64,000 nucleotides of DNA, taken from contig CBDBMJ010000001.1 in the NCBI GenBank assembly GCA_965207455.1, positions 960,001 to 1,024,000 of the forward strand. Direction: 5' to 3'. Below, in pieces: positions 21,994 through 31,696 of this stretch. The stretch's first letter is position 1. Each line of letters begins with the position of its first letter. The position numbers and the translations under genes are program-made. The stretch comes from Bdellovibrionota bacterium (GTDB lineage: Bacteria > Bdellovibrionota > UBA1018 > CAIPTA01 > JAALKR01). The notes below the pieces were generated by a model. That model had not been told where the DNA came from, made no database searches, and saw nothing but the letters and a program-made list of their open reading frames with translations.

Positions 21994-22058
21994 TGTTGCC
22001 CCCCTCTTAATTGTTGATCCCCTCTAGTGATACTCTTCGGAAGGAAGGGCGAAGTTCT

Positions 22059-22088
22059 AAAACACGCAAAACATGCAAAACACGCAAA
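22059..22088. repeat. Intergenic 9-bp tandem repeat, 3 copies
   Basis: AAAACACGC AAAACATGC AAAACACGC AAA downstream of rplX. Confidence 0.7.
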
Positions 22089-22104
22089 GGGAGAAGAAAG
22101 GGGT

Positions 22105-22419
22105 TTATTTCAGAAAAGAACCTGTTTTTTTAAAGACACGCAAGCGCTTTCCATCTTTGAATTCTATACCTAGGCGTGCTCCTCGATTAGTCTTTGGATC
22201 CACAGCCAATACATTGGAAAAATCCAGAGGAGCTTCCTTCTCAATGATTCCTCCCTGAGGAAGTTTTTGTGTGGGCTTCGTATGACGCTTTACCTTATTT
22301 ACTCCCTCCACTAGAAAACGCTTTTCTTGGAAGTAAACTTTTAAAATTTTCCCCTGCTTGCCCTTGTTTTTCCCAGCAATTACTTCTACTAGGTCGCCTT
22401 TTTTTAATCTCCAACTCAT
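22105..22419 (-). CDS. rplX: 50S ribosomal protein L24
   Basis: KOW motif LKKGDLVEVIAGKNKGKQG, VEGVN, GGIIEKEAPL, SNV. Confidence 0.93.
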   Translation of the reverse strand: MSWRLKKGDLVEVIAGKNKGKQGKILKVYFQEKRFLVEGVNKVKRHTKPTQKLPQGGIIEKEAPLDFSNVLAVDPKTNRGARLGIEFKDGKRLRVFKKTGSFLK

Positions 22420-22434
22420 AATCTTTTCTCTCTC

Positions 22435-22650
22435 TTAATACGTGCCGTTTGGAAGCAGGGCGATTTGACGAGCACGTTTTACTGCCCTCACCATGCTACG
22501 TTGCTGTTTTGCCGTCAGGCGATTGGTTCGCACGGAAGTAATTTTACCTCCCTGACTAAGAAACTGTTGTAAAAAACTCACATCTTTGTAGTCAAATACA
22601 ACATCCCTATCCACCTTTTGACGACGCCTTGTAAAACCCATATCTCCCAT
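22435..22650 (-). CDS. rpsR: 30S ribosomal protein S18, cysteine-free form
   Basis: DYKDVSFLQQF...GKI...QR...AVKRARQIALLP; no Cys residues. Confidence 0.9.
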   Translation of the reverse strand: MGDMGFTRRRQKVDRDVVFDYKDVSFLQQFLSQGGKITSVRTNRLTAKQQRSMVRAVKRARQIALLPNGTY

Positions 22651-22872
22651 AAATAATGCTCCTAAAAAATGCTAAACTACTATTCAGTTGACCATATTAC
22701 ACGCATACGCTGTTTTACGCAAACAATACACGTCTTTTTAGAATTTTTTTAACAAGAGTGAAATAGTTGGTCTTTATGAAAAATAAAAATGACATACATA
22801 GCGTGTAAAAAACCTAGTTTCTGGAAAAATCTTATTAGCTAGTCTATTATTAAAGGAGTAGAGAAAAAATAT

Positions 22873-25626
22873 ATGAACGATCTCAGCTATACATCTCCCG
22901 AAAACGCCAAATATATGGAGGAACTCTTCCATAGCTTCCAAAAAAATCCAGACTCCATCGATCCCGACTGGAAGCGATTTTTTGAAGGAATGGAGTTTGG
23001 CTATCGCCTATCCCCCAGACCCCGCTCCGGTGGAAAAACTGTGGAAAAGACCACAGAAAAGACCATAGAAAAAGAGCAACAGGTGCTTGCCCTTATTGAA
23101 GCCTATCGAGACAGGGGCCACTCCCAAGCACAAGTAAATCCCCTAAAAACCTCTCCTTCCAATCCAGATTTTGCCTTGGAAAAATTTACCCTCTCCTCCC
23201 AAGACCTTTCCACACCCTTTTCAGCTGGGTCCAAAATCAACCGCCCCAATGCCACCCTCCAGGAAATTATCACCCACTTAGAAAAAGCCTATTGTGGAAC
23301 CATTACCGTGGAATCCACGGGCCTCCCCTCAGAACTACACCAATGGATTACCCATGAATTTGAATCCCCCCAACATCTTTTCAATACGGAAGATAAATTG
23401 GAAATACTCAAGGATTTAAACGCCACTGAAGCATTGGAACATTTTTTCCATAGCCGATTTGTGGGCATGAAGCGATTCTCCATTGAAGGCGCGGATGCCC
23501 TGATTACCATGCTGGAATCTCTAGTCCATCAGGGCGTACAAGGTGAACTCAAAGAAATTGTTTTAGGCATGGCCCACCGGGGTCGTATCAATGTATTAAC
23601 AAATTTTATGGGCAAGGCCTTAGAGCTTGTTTTTGCAGAGTTTGATGGACATTACAGTCCAGAAACATCGTATGCCGATGGTGATGTGAAATACCATATG
23701 GGTTTTTCCACGGATAAAGAAGCAGAGCACGGCACTTGTCATATTTCTTTAGCATTTAACCCAAGCCACCTAGAAGCGGTTACTCCAGTGGTCATTGGTA
23801 CGGTACGAGCCAAGCAAAGAATCCGAAAAGACTCGGACAGAAAACAAGTACTGCCCATTCTTATTCATGGAGACGCAGCCCTTATTGCCCAAGGAGTAGT
23901 GAGCGAAACACTCCAACTCTCCCAACTACCCGGCTACCGGGTGGGAGGTTCCATTCATATTGTACTCAATAATCAAATTGGTTTTACTACTGATCCCAAC
24001 CACGCCCGGAGTACTACCTATTGTACCGATGTTGCGAAACAACTCAACACTCCTATTATTCATGTGAATGGAGACGATGTGGAGGCTTGTATTCGAGCTA
24101 TGAATATTGCCTACCGGTTTCGAGAAAAATTCTCCAAAGATATTGTGATCGACATGATTTGCTATCGTCGCCATGGACACAATGAAGGAGATGAGCCTGC
24201 CTTTACCCAACCCCTACTCTATAAAAAAATTAAGGCTCACCCCACGCTTCGACAAATCTATGGAAAAAAACTAACTGAGGAAGAAATTCTCACAGAAAAG
24301 AATTTTACAGAGATGTACGATAAAGAGCTTGCCCATCTCCAAGCATTTTTGGAAAAAAGCAGAAAAACAAAAATGAAGATCCACTTTGAAACCTTGGGAG
24401 GTGCATGGACGGGACTTAGACGTTCCACACCCCAAGACTTTGAAACCTCAGTGGCCACAGAAGTTCCTTCCAATCGTCTACAGGAAATTACCCAGTCCAT
24501 AACAAAATTACCTGAAAACTTTAAAGTGCTCTCCAAACTGCAACGAATCATCGATGCCCGATCTAAAATGATAGACACGGGAAAAATCGACTGGGGAATG
24601 GGGGAACTCCTCACGTATGGATCATTAGTACAAGAGGGAACGATTGTTCGCCTATCGGGGCAGGATGTGGAACGGGGGACATTTAGCCACCGCCATGCCA
24701 TCTATACAGACTGCGAAACGGGTGAAAAACATAACCCTCTTAACAACATAAACTCTAATGCTAAGTTTTATATTTATAACAGCCCCCTATCTGAGTATGC
24801 GGTTTTAGGCTTTGAATTTGGAAACTCCACCACAGACCCAAGAGCGCTGACTATCTGGGAAGCTCAATTTGGGGATTTCGCCAATGGGGCACAAATCATT
24901 ATCGATCAATTTCTCTGTAGTGCAGAATCAAAATGGCAACGAATGAGCGGGCTAGTGCTACTCCTCCCCCACGGTTATGAGGGTCAAGGTCCGGAGCACT
25001 CCAACGCTCGTCCGGAAAGATTTCTCCAATTATGTGCCCAATATAATATGCAGGTTTGTAACCTAACCACACCTGCTCAGTTCTTCCATGCCCTACGACG
25101 ACAGGTAAAGAGAGATTTCCGAAAACCACTGATAATTATGTCTCCCAAGGCCCTCCTTCGTCACCCTAAGGTTGTTTCCACAATAGACGATTTTGAAAAC
25201 AAACGATTCCAGGAAATAATTCCTGATAAAGAGGTGGGCGCTAGAAAAGTGAAACGATGTATTCTCACGTCAGGAAAAATCTTTTATGAAATATACAACG
25301 AAAGGGAAAAACAGGAGAAAAAAAGCGACACCGCCATTATTCGCATAGAACAATACTATCCGTTCCCCACATCACAACTCCTACAACAATTAAAAAGATT
25401 CAACCAAATTGAAGAACTGATATGGGCCCAAGAGGAGCCAAGAAATATGGGTCCCTATTCTTTTGTGTCCCCTCTTATATCCAATGTAATTTCTCGACTC
25501 CAAAATAAACCCAAAAAATTCCGCTATGTGGGACGATCCGATCGATCCAGTCCTGCTATCGGTACCAATCAACTACATAAACAAGAACAGGAAGAAATCA
25601 TAAAGGGGTGTTTTAGTGAAAATTGA
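22873..25626 (+). CDS. sucA: 2-oxoglutarate dehydrogenase E1
   Basis: [50 protein letters not shown]. Confidence 0.97.
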   Translation: MNDLSYTSPENAKYMEELFHSFQKNPDSIDPDWKRFFEGMEFGYRLSPRPRSGGKTVEKTTEKTIEKEQQVLALIEAYRDRGHSQAQVNPLKTSPSNPDFALEKFTLSSQDLSTPFSAGSKINRPNATLQEIITHLEKAYCGTITVESTGLPSELHQWITHEFESPQHLFNTEDKLEILKDLNATEALEHFFHSRFVGMKRFSIEGADALITMLESLVHQGVQGELKEIVLGMAHRGRINVLTNFMGKALELVFAEFDGHYSPETSYADGDVKYHMGFSTDKEAEHGTCHISLAFNPSHLEAVTPVVIGTVRAKQRIRKDSDRKQVLPILIHGDAALIAQGVVSETLQLSQLPGYRVGGSIHIVLNNQIGFTTDPNHARSTTYCTDVAKQLNTPIIHVNGDDVEACIRAMNIAYRFREKFSKDIVIDMICYRRHGHNEGDEPAFTQPLLYKKIKAHPTLRQIYGKKLTEEEILTEKNFTEMYDKELAHLQAFLEKSRKTKMKIHFETLGGAWTGLRRSTPQDFETSVATEVPSNRLQEITQSITKLPENFKVLSKLQRIIDARSKMIDTGKIDWGMGELLTYGSLVQEGTIVRLSGQDVERGTFSHRHAIYTDCETGEKHNPLNNINSNAKFYIYNSPLSEYAVLGFEFGNSTTDPRALTIWEAQFGDFANGAQIIIDQFLCSAESKWQRMSGLVLLLPHGYEGQGPEHSNARPERFLQLCAQYNMQVCNLTTPAQFFHALRRQVKRDFRKPLIIMSPKALLRHPKVVSTIDDFENKRFQEIIPDKEVGARKVKRCILTSGKIFYEIYNEREKQEKKSDTAIIRIEQYYPFPTSQLLQQLKRFNQIEELIWAQEEPRNMGPYSFVSPLISNVISRLQNKPKKFRYVGRSDRSSPAIGTNQLHKQEQEEIIKGCFSEN

Positions 25627-26770
25627 AATTAAAGTACCAAACGTGGGAGAATCCATTGTGGAAGCCACCATTGAAGAGTGGTTTAAACAGTCAGGAGACC
25701 TCGTACAACAAAACGAAGTTTTATTCACCCTAGAAACGGATAAAGCAAACGTGGAGGTGCAGGCCGAGAAAAGTGGTGTGCTGGAAATTACAAAGGAAGC
25801 TGGCAGCACCGTACCCATAGGTTCCACTGTCGCTTTCCTTGACCCCGAGGGGAAAAAATCCTCCCCCAGTACAGAAACAGACACACCGCTAAGCCCATCG
25901 GTCCGACGAATTGTCGCAGAGAAAAACCTAGACCCTAAGACAATACCAGGAACAGGTAAGGGCGGACGAATCACCAAACAGGATGCCATAGGCACGGGTT
26001 CGATTCCCACCGCCCGCTCCAAAGAACCTACCAAACCTGCCCCCATCCCCTCCATAAATCAAGCTGAAAAAGGAGATGTGGAACGAGTAAAAATGTCTAC
26101 GATTCGAAAACGTATTGGACAACGTCTCCTAGAGGCCCAATACAATGCTGCCATCCTTACCACATTTAATGAAATTGATATGAGCGCAGTGATGGAACTA
26201 CGAAAACGATATAAGGAAGACTTTCAAAAACGCTATGGAGTAAAACTAGGCTTTATGAGTTTTTTTACAAAAGGTTGCGTGGAAGCCTTGCGAGCTTTCC
26301 CAGACGTTAATGCCTTTATTGATGGTGAGGATATACTCTACCACCACTATTATAATATCGGTATCGCCGTGGGCGCACCCAAAGGTCTCATAGTACCTGT
26401 GGTTAAGAACGCACAAGATATGAATCTAGCAGAAATAGAATCCACCATACGAGGCTTCGCTACCCGTGCAGCAGAAAATAAACTCACCATCCAAGAAATG
26501 AGTGGAGGAACGTTTACCATTAGTAATGGAGGCACATACGGTTCACTACTGTCCACGCCCATACTCAATCCGCCCCAAAGTGCAATACTGGGAATGCATA
26601 AAATTCAGGATCGTCCCATTGCTGTGCAAGGGAGAGTGGAGATTCGTCCCATGATGTATCTGGCCCTTTCCTACGATCATCGAATTATTGATGGAAAAGG
26701 CGCTGTGAGTTTTCTTGTGAAATTAAAAGAAGTACTGGAAGACCCCACCCGACTATTACTGGGAGTATGA
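25616..26770 (+). CDS. sucB: Dihydrolipoamide succinyltransferase E2
   Basis: Lipoyl motif LETDKA, E3-binding [10 protein letters not shown], catalytic SYDHRIIDG. Confidence 0.96.
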   Translation: MKIEIKVPNVGESIVEATIEEWFKQSGDLVQQNEVLFTLETDKANVEVQAEKSGVLEITKEAGSTVPIGSTVAFLDPEGKKSSPSTETDTPLSPSVRRIVAEKNLDPKTIPGTGKGGRITKQDAIGTGSIPTARSKEPTKPAPIPSINQAEKGDVERVKMSTIRKRIGQRLLEAQYNAAILTTFNEIDMSAVMELRKRYKEDFQKRYGVKLGFMSFFTKGCVEALRAFPDVNAFIDGEDILYHHYYNIGIAVGAPKGLIVPVVKNAQDMNLAEIESTIRGFATRAAENKLTIQEMSGGTFTISNGGTYGSLLSTPILNPPQSAILGMHKIQDRPIAVQGRVEIRPMMYLALSYDHRIIDGKGAVSFLVKLKEVLEDPTRLLLGV

Positions 26771-26777
26771 GGAAGAG

Positions 26778-28175
26778 ATGAAAGAGTATGATCTAATTAT
26801 CATTGGCTCTGGACCAGGCGGCTATACGGGAGCTATTCGTGCTGCCCAGTTGGGAATGAAGGTCTTAATCATTGAAAAAGATAATTCCTATGGAGGAACT
26901 TGCGCTAATGTGGGTTGCATTCCATCCAAAGCACTCCTGGATTCCAGTGAACATTTTCACGCAGCCAAACAAGAACTATCCTCCCATGGAGTAAAACTCC
27001 CCACCGTGGAACTAGACTTACCCACCATGATGAAAAGAAAAAATACAGTGGTGGGAGAGCTCACCAAGGGCATTGCCTTTCTCTTGAAAAAAAATAAAAT
27101 TCAAACCGCCTGGGGACATGGAAAAGTACTGGACACGGGAAAAGTGGAAGTAAAGCAAAAAGGCAAGACAGAGGTTTTTTATGCTAAAAATATTATGCTT
27201 GCCACTGGAAGTAACAGCAGTGCTCCCAGCAATATACCCACCGATGGAAAATATGTGGTTTCCTCCACTGAGGCTCTTTGCTTTGAAACCGTTCCTCAGC
27301 ACTTAATTGTGATTGGAGGTGGTGCCATTGGTTTAGAATTGGGCTCAGTTTGGCTACGCCTAGGCGCCAAAGTCTCTGTAGTGGAATTTGCCGATACTTT
27401 GTGCGGAAATATGGACAGAGGAATGACAAAAGAGCTGGAAAAAATTTTAAAAAAACAAGGCTTTGAGTTTTATTTTCGCACAGGCGTAACATCCACAAGC
27501 ATAAAAAATGGCAATGTTGAAGTGCATGCAAAGGATAGAGAGAATAAAGAAATGACTCTCCAAGGAAACAAAGTGCTTGTGGCCACAGGTAGACGAGCCT
27601 TTAGCGAAGGACTGGGACTGGAAGCCCTTGGCATTGAAACAAATAAACAAGGTGTGGTCCGAGTAAACCAACAATTTGAAACCAATAGAAAAAATATTTA
27701 CGCTATTGGGGATCTCATTCGAGGTCCCATGCTTGCCCATAAAGCAGAAGAAGAGGGTGTGGCTGTTGCGGAAATTATTGCCACAGGCACGGGACATGTA
27801 AACTATAATACGGTCCCTAGCGTGGTATACACTTGGCCAGAGCTGGCTTCAGTGGGAAAAACCGAAGAAGAACTCAAAGCTGAGAATATAGAATACTCCG
27901 TGGGAAAATTTCCTTTTCTAGCCAACGGACGAGCAAAAGCATTGGGATCAAGCAGTGGCAGTGTAAAGATACTTGCCGACGCAAAAACAGACCTAATACT
28001 AGGAGCTCATATCCTTGGACCACGGGCATCGGACCTCATAGGAGAAGCTGTAATGGCAATGGAGTTTGGAGCAAGCAGTGAAGATATGGCAAGATGTTTT
28101 CATGCCCACCCCACTCTTTCAGAAACTTTAAGAGAAGCAGCTCTGGGAGTTGATAAAAGAACTCGACAGTTGTAG
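26778..28175 (+). CDS. lpdA: Dihydrolipoamide dehydrogenase E3
   Basis: GSGPGGY, GGTCANVGCIPSK, HAHPTLSE. Confidence 0.96.
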   Translation: MKEYDLIIIGSGPGGYTGAIRAAQLGMKVLIIEKDNSYGGTCANVGCIPSKALLDSSEHFHAAKQELSSHGVKLPTVELDLPTMMKRKNTVVGELTKGIAFLLKKNKIQTAWGHGKVLDTGKVEVKQKGKTEVFYAKNIMLATGSNSSAPSNIPTDGKYVVSSTEALCFETVPQHLIVIGGGAIGLELGSVWLRLGAKVSVVEFADTLCGNMDRGMTKELEKILKKQGFEFYFRTGVTSTSIKNGNVEVHAKDRENKEMTLQGNKVLVATGRRAFSEGLGLEALGIETNKQGVVRVNQQFETNRKNIYAIGDLIRGPMLAHKAEEEGVAVAEIIATGTGHVNYNTVPSVVYTWPELASVGKTEEELKAENIEYSVGKFPFLANGRAKALGSSSGSVKILADAKTDLILGAHILGPRASDLIGEAVMAMEFGASSEDMARCFHAHPTLSETLREAALGVDKRTRQL

Positions 28176-28232
28176 TGTAGAAGGCTTGGAGCCTTATTAG
28201 TAAACATTTGACAGGCATTTAATTATCTTATA

Positions 28233-29924
28233 GAGCCTGTAAGTTATTTTGTGTAACTGCGGTTTTAGCACCAAATCAACTCTCATCGTCAATGAAAAGT
28301 TAATTCAACTGCCGCTTCTATTTTTTTCCAGCAGCATTAACTGCTAGAAAATTATTTATATCAAATCCATCTCTCCGTGTCAATCATGAAATTAAAAAAA
28401 ATGTAAAATCTTAACGGGTAATAGCTTTCACTAAGTGAGTTTTAAGCAAAAACCATACAACCCCCTGGAACCCAAGGGGTAGTTTTTAGATAGCGAAGAC
28501 TAGCTAAATAATTTATATTTTACTTCAAGCGAAAGGTTACTCTCTTTTGCCTCAGAGATCGAACCTGCCTTCATATTCAATTGCAAATCGGATCCCATAG
28601 CTTTCACTCATTGAACCCTAGCTAAATAATTTATAAGTTACTCTCTTTTGCCTCAGAGATCGAACCTGCATATTCAATTGCAAATCAATTATGCAATGGC
28701 ATTGTCCATTTACGAGATGCCTGTTGTGTTGCTAAATAAATTAACTTTAAAGCAGACCCATCGTTTGGAAATATTTTTCTATTCCTAATGCTCTTACGGA
28801 TAACACTGTTTAAAGACTCTATCGCATTCGTTGTATAGATAACTTTTCTGATCTCATAGGGATAATCAAAAATAGAAATTAAATTTTCCCAATTATTCCT
28901 CCAAGAACGCTCTATCTGAGGATATTTATCCGACCATTTTTTCCCAAATGCATCTAGCGCTGTCTGGGCAGCTTCCAGTGTTGGAGCACCGTAAATTGCT
29001 TTTAGATCCTTAGCTACTGCCTTCTTATCTTTTGAGGGCACATATCGAAAAGAATTACGCATCATATGGACGATACATAACTGTATCTTAGCCTTAGGAA
29101 ATGCCGTTGTAATTGCTTCCGGAAAACCAGTTAGACCGTCTACACAAACAATAAAAATATCCTTAACTCCTCGGTTCTGCAAATCTGTTAAAACACTTAA
29201 CCAAAATTTAGCTCCTTCTTCACCTGCAATCCAAAGACCAAGGAGTTCCTTGTGTCCCGACTGTGTAACTCCCAATGCAAGATAGACCGATTTATTTCTT
29301 ACACGACCACTCTCATGAACTTTCACGACTATACAATCAAGGTATAGTATGGGGTATACCTTATCTAGGGAGCGACTCTGCCATTCCTTAACGGTATCTA
29401 TAACTGCATCTGTGACATTAGAGATAACCGTATGGGATATTTCTGCCCCACCATAGAGTTCCTTAATTGTTTCCTGAACATCTCGTGTGGTCATACCTCG
29501 GCTATACAGAGCCAGTATAGTGTCCTCAAAGCCCTCTAAGCGAGTTTTCCCTTTTGGGATAACTTTAGGCTCAAATGAGGCGTCTCTGTCTCTAGGAGTG
29601 CTCAAATCAAGCTCACCCTTATCACATTTTATCGTTTTTGAGCTGTAACCATTGCGAGTATTCTTTCTTCGATTACCCAATTTATCATTTCTCTCATAGC
29701 CCAGGTGATCATCTAACTCTGCATTGAGCGCAGATTCAAAAATCGTCTTTGTTAGCTGACCCATGATCCCTGAAATATCTTTTTGTGTTTTTACACCCCT
29801 GGCAAGTTCTTTGCCTATCGCATCAATATCCATAACTACTTTCTCCTTCTGATGATTCATCATACCATTTGATGATTCCACCATATTATAAGTTAAGCAG
29901 TTACACAATTTACTTTACAGGCTC
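28233..29924 (-). mobile_element. IS256-family element, copy 1 (rearranged near the transposase 3' end)
   Basis: 28-bp imperfect terminal inverted repeats (GAGCCTGTAAGTTATTTTGTGTAACTGC / GCAGTTACACAATTTACTTTACAGGCTC); matches copy 2 except for a 94-bp scrambled segment; no target-site duplication seen. Confidence 0.93.
28685..29908 (-). CDS. IS256 (mutator-type) transposase lacking the last 18 aa
   Basis: RNGY, PRDRDASFEP, DGLTGF, QLCIVH, YTTNAIES; 407 aa versus 425 aa in copy 2. The true start is probably downstream of the ORF-track start. Confidence 0.92.
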   Translation of the reverse strand: MCNCLTYNMVESSNGMMNHQKEKVVMDIDAIGKELARGVKTQKDISGIMGQLTKTIFESALNAELDDHLGYERNDKLGNRRKNTRNGYSSKTIKCDKGELDLSTPRDRDASFEPKVIPKGKTRLEGFEDTILALYSRGMTTRDVQETIKELYGGAEISHTVISNVTDAVIDTVKEWQSRSLDKVYPILYLDCIVVKVHESGRVRNKSVYLALGVTQSGHKELLGLWIAGEEGAKFWLSVLTDLQNRGVKDIFIVCVDGLTGFPEAITTAFPKAKIQLCIVHMMRNSFRYVPSKDKKAVAKDLKAIYGAPTLEAAQTALDAFGKKWSDKYPQIERSWRNNWENLISIFDYPYEIRKVIYTTNAIESLNSVIRKSIRNRKIFPNDGSALKLIYLATQQASRKWTMPLHN

Positions 29925-29961
29925 TTAATTCACGTTTAATGCCGTACAAAAAATCTATTTT

Positions 29962-30744
29962 TTATTTACAAATCTCTTTTAAAATTATGTTTTCATTTTT
30001 CTGAATCTTTTTTATTTCAAGATACCTTTTACATTCCTTAGAGCTTGCCGGGTCTTTTTTACTCCATAGGCTAATAATTTTTTTATTCTTTTCAGTAATA
30101 ATTCCATACTTTGGATAAGTAGTATCCATGTAAAGATAAATTCTAGCAATATCTCCTCGAATTTCATTTTTTGGCTCTACTACCTTTTTAGATTTATCAA
30201 TTTCGATATCGCAGTTCCCAAAATTTCTAGCCTCTCCATTAATCTCTGATATATCGTAATTGCTTCTTAAAGCATTGACTTGACCGATGGCAGGAACAAG
30301 GTTATAAAGGTCTGATTCCATAAGCTGAAAAGTTTTATTAACTTTACTTAGGCACTTCCTTCCTTTATAAGTTTTTTTTCGTTTTTTATTCGCACATTTC
30401 TCATGACCATTTTTCCATTCTATAAAATTCTTTCCAAAAACAGAGGCTGGAACAACATGCTCCCATTCTATTTTGTTTGCCCTATTTTTGTACTTTTTAT
30501 TAATTTTATAGCCACATATACTAAAGTCTATCTTCCCATTTAAAGAATATTCACAGGAGCAATGAAAAGTTTCTTTTCCTAGAATTGTATAAATCCTTTT
30601 TAACTTTGTCTTTGCAGAACTAAAATTTTCCACTATCTTATTTTTTTCAGGAGTTATTTTCTTAATAGTCTTTAGCTTTTTGTCTACAAAAGAAGAGCAA
30701 GCACTTAATAAAAGAAGCAAACTAATTGTAATTATTTTATTCAA
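29962..30744 (-). CDS. Endonuclease I (EndA/Vvn-like) lipoprotein
   Basis: Lipobox LLSAC, RANKIEWEHVVPAS, DLYNLVPAIGQVNALRSN, RGDIARIYLYM. Confidence 0.9.
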   Translation of the reverse strand: MNKIITISLLLLLSACSSFVDKKLKTIKKITPEKNKIVENFSSAKTKLKRIYTILGKETFHCSCEYSLNGKIDFSICGYKINKKYKNRANKIEWEHVVPASVFGKNFIEWKNGHEKCANKKRKKTYKGRKCLSKVNKTFQLMESDLYNLVPAIGQVNALRSNYDISEINGEARNFGNCDIEIDKSKKVVEPKNEIRGDIARIYLYMDTTYPKYGIITEKNKKIISLWSKKDPASSKECKRYLEIKKIQKNENIILKEICK

Positions 30745-30773
30745 GAAACCTCCATATATAAAGCTAATAAAAT

Positions 30774-31139
30774 TTAATTCATTTTAAGATTAATAAGACT
30801 CCACGTACCTGATCCTTCTTCATTTGAAATAATACAAGTATAGCTTGTCCTAATCATTGCCCCGAAAGAATTTTGAGAATCGACATAAGAAGAAAGTTTG
30901 TATTTATGAATTTTATCAGTGGAATCATCGCTTAAATAAATGGCATCACTGTAGGGAAATTTTGCACTATAAGGAGATTTAAGTCTTTTTTTCACAAACT
31001 CTTCACACATCATTGTTGCGTCAATAGTATTTTCACTGCCAGTTCGTCTAGGTCTTGGTGAGCCATCTCCGCTTCCAGCACTTAGTGCAATGAATATTAA
31101 TAATGCTAAAAAATTGAGAAAATGATTTACTTTATTCAT
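30774..31139 (-). CDS. Hypothetical exported protein
   Basis: N-terminal hydrophobic segment; LKSPYSAKF and YVDSQNSFGAMIR motifs resemble small accessory-region proteins; start placed at MNKVNHF. Confidence 0.6.
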   Translation of the reverse strand: MNKVNHFLNFLALLIFIALSAGSGDGSPRPRRTGSENTIDATMMCEEFVKKRLKSPYSAKFPYSDAIYLSDDSTDKIHKYKLSSYVDSQNSFGAMIRTSYTCIISNEEGSGTWSLINLKMN

Positions 31140-31677
31140 ATATAATCCTTTTATTGTTATTGAAAATATAAAATGAAATAAAATAAAAAATGACTGTGAT
31201 AAAAGCATCTATAGGGTCAAAAACTCCTGGAACTACTGATAAATACTGCCCTATCTCGAAAATTAGAGCTATCAAAAGAAAACCAGCAGACCAAATTATT
31301 GGAAAAATTTTATGCGATTCTTTCCAAATAATAAAAGTTAAGCTCGTAAAAGAATAAATCCAAAGACCTGTTGGGAAGGAGTATATAATAATATCTGGCA
31401 GGGTAAATATTAGCTTTGTTCTAATAAAAAATATGCTGCTTTCCAAATATGGAAAATTACTTATCCAATGAAAAACAAATATACTAACTGGACGATAAAA
31501 TAGATAGATTAATGTTCCAACCAGTATAGGTGCAAACACATGAATAAAAAAAATCGAGAGCTTTGAACTTGAAATCTGTTCCAATACTTTTTTCATTCTG
31601 ATTAATTTCCTCATTGTGATCTTGAAAAATATCCTTATCTTACAAATAGGCAGATTCTCTTTAATTTTGCCATTCAC
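31132..31677 (-). CDS. Hypothetical membrane protein
   Basis: About 4 TM segments; YSFPTGLW and FEIGQ...PGVFDPID motifs; start uncertain. Confidence 0.6.
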   Translation of the reverse strand: MNGKIKENLPICKIRIFFKITMRKLIRMKKVLEQISSSKLSIFFIHVFAPILVGTLIYLFYRPVSIFVFHWISNFPYLESSIFFIRTKLIFTLPDIIIYSFPTGLWIYSFTSLTFIIWKESHKIFPIIWSAGFLLIALIFEIGQYLSVVPGVFDPIDAFITVIFYFISFYIFNNNKRIIYE

Positions 31678-31696
31678 TTAAAGTGCTATTCCCTCA

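Noticed and set aside
25573..26055. Long antisense ORFs over sucB and other housekeeping genes (also 9031..9399, 17225..17677, 24258..24701, 56902..57855)
   Set aside because: Shadow frames opposite well-supported genes, with no independent motifs.
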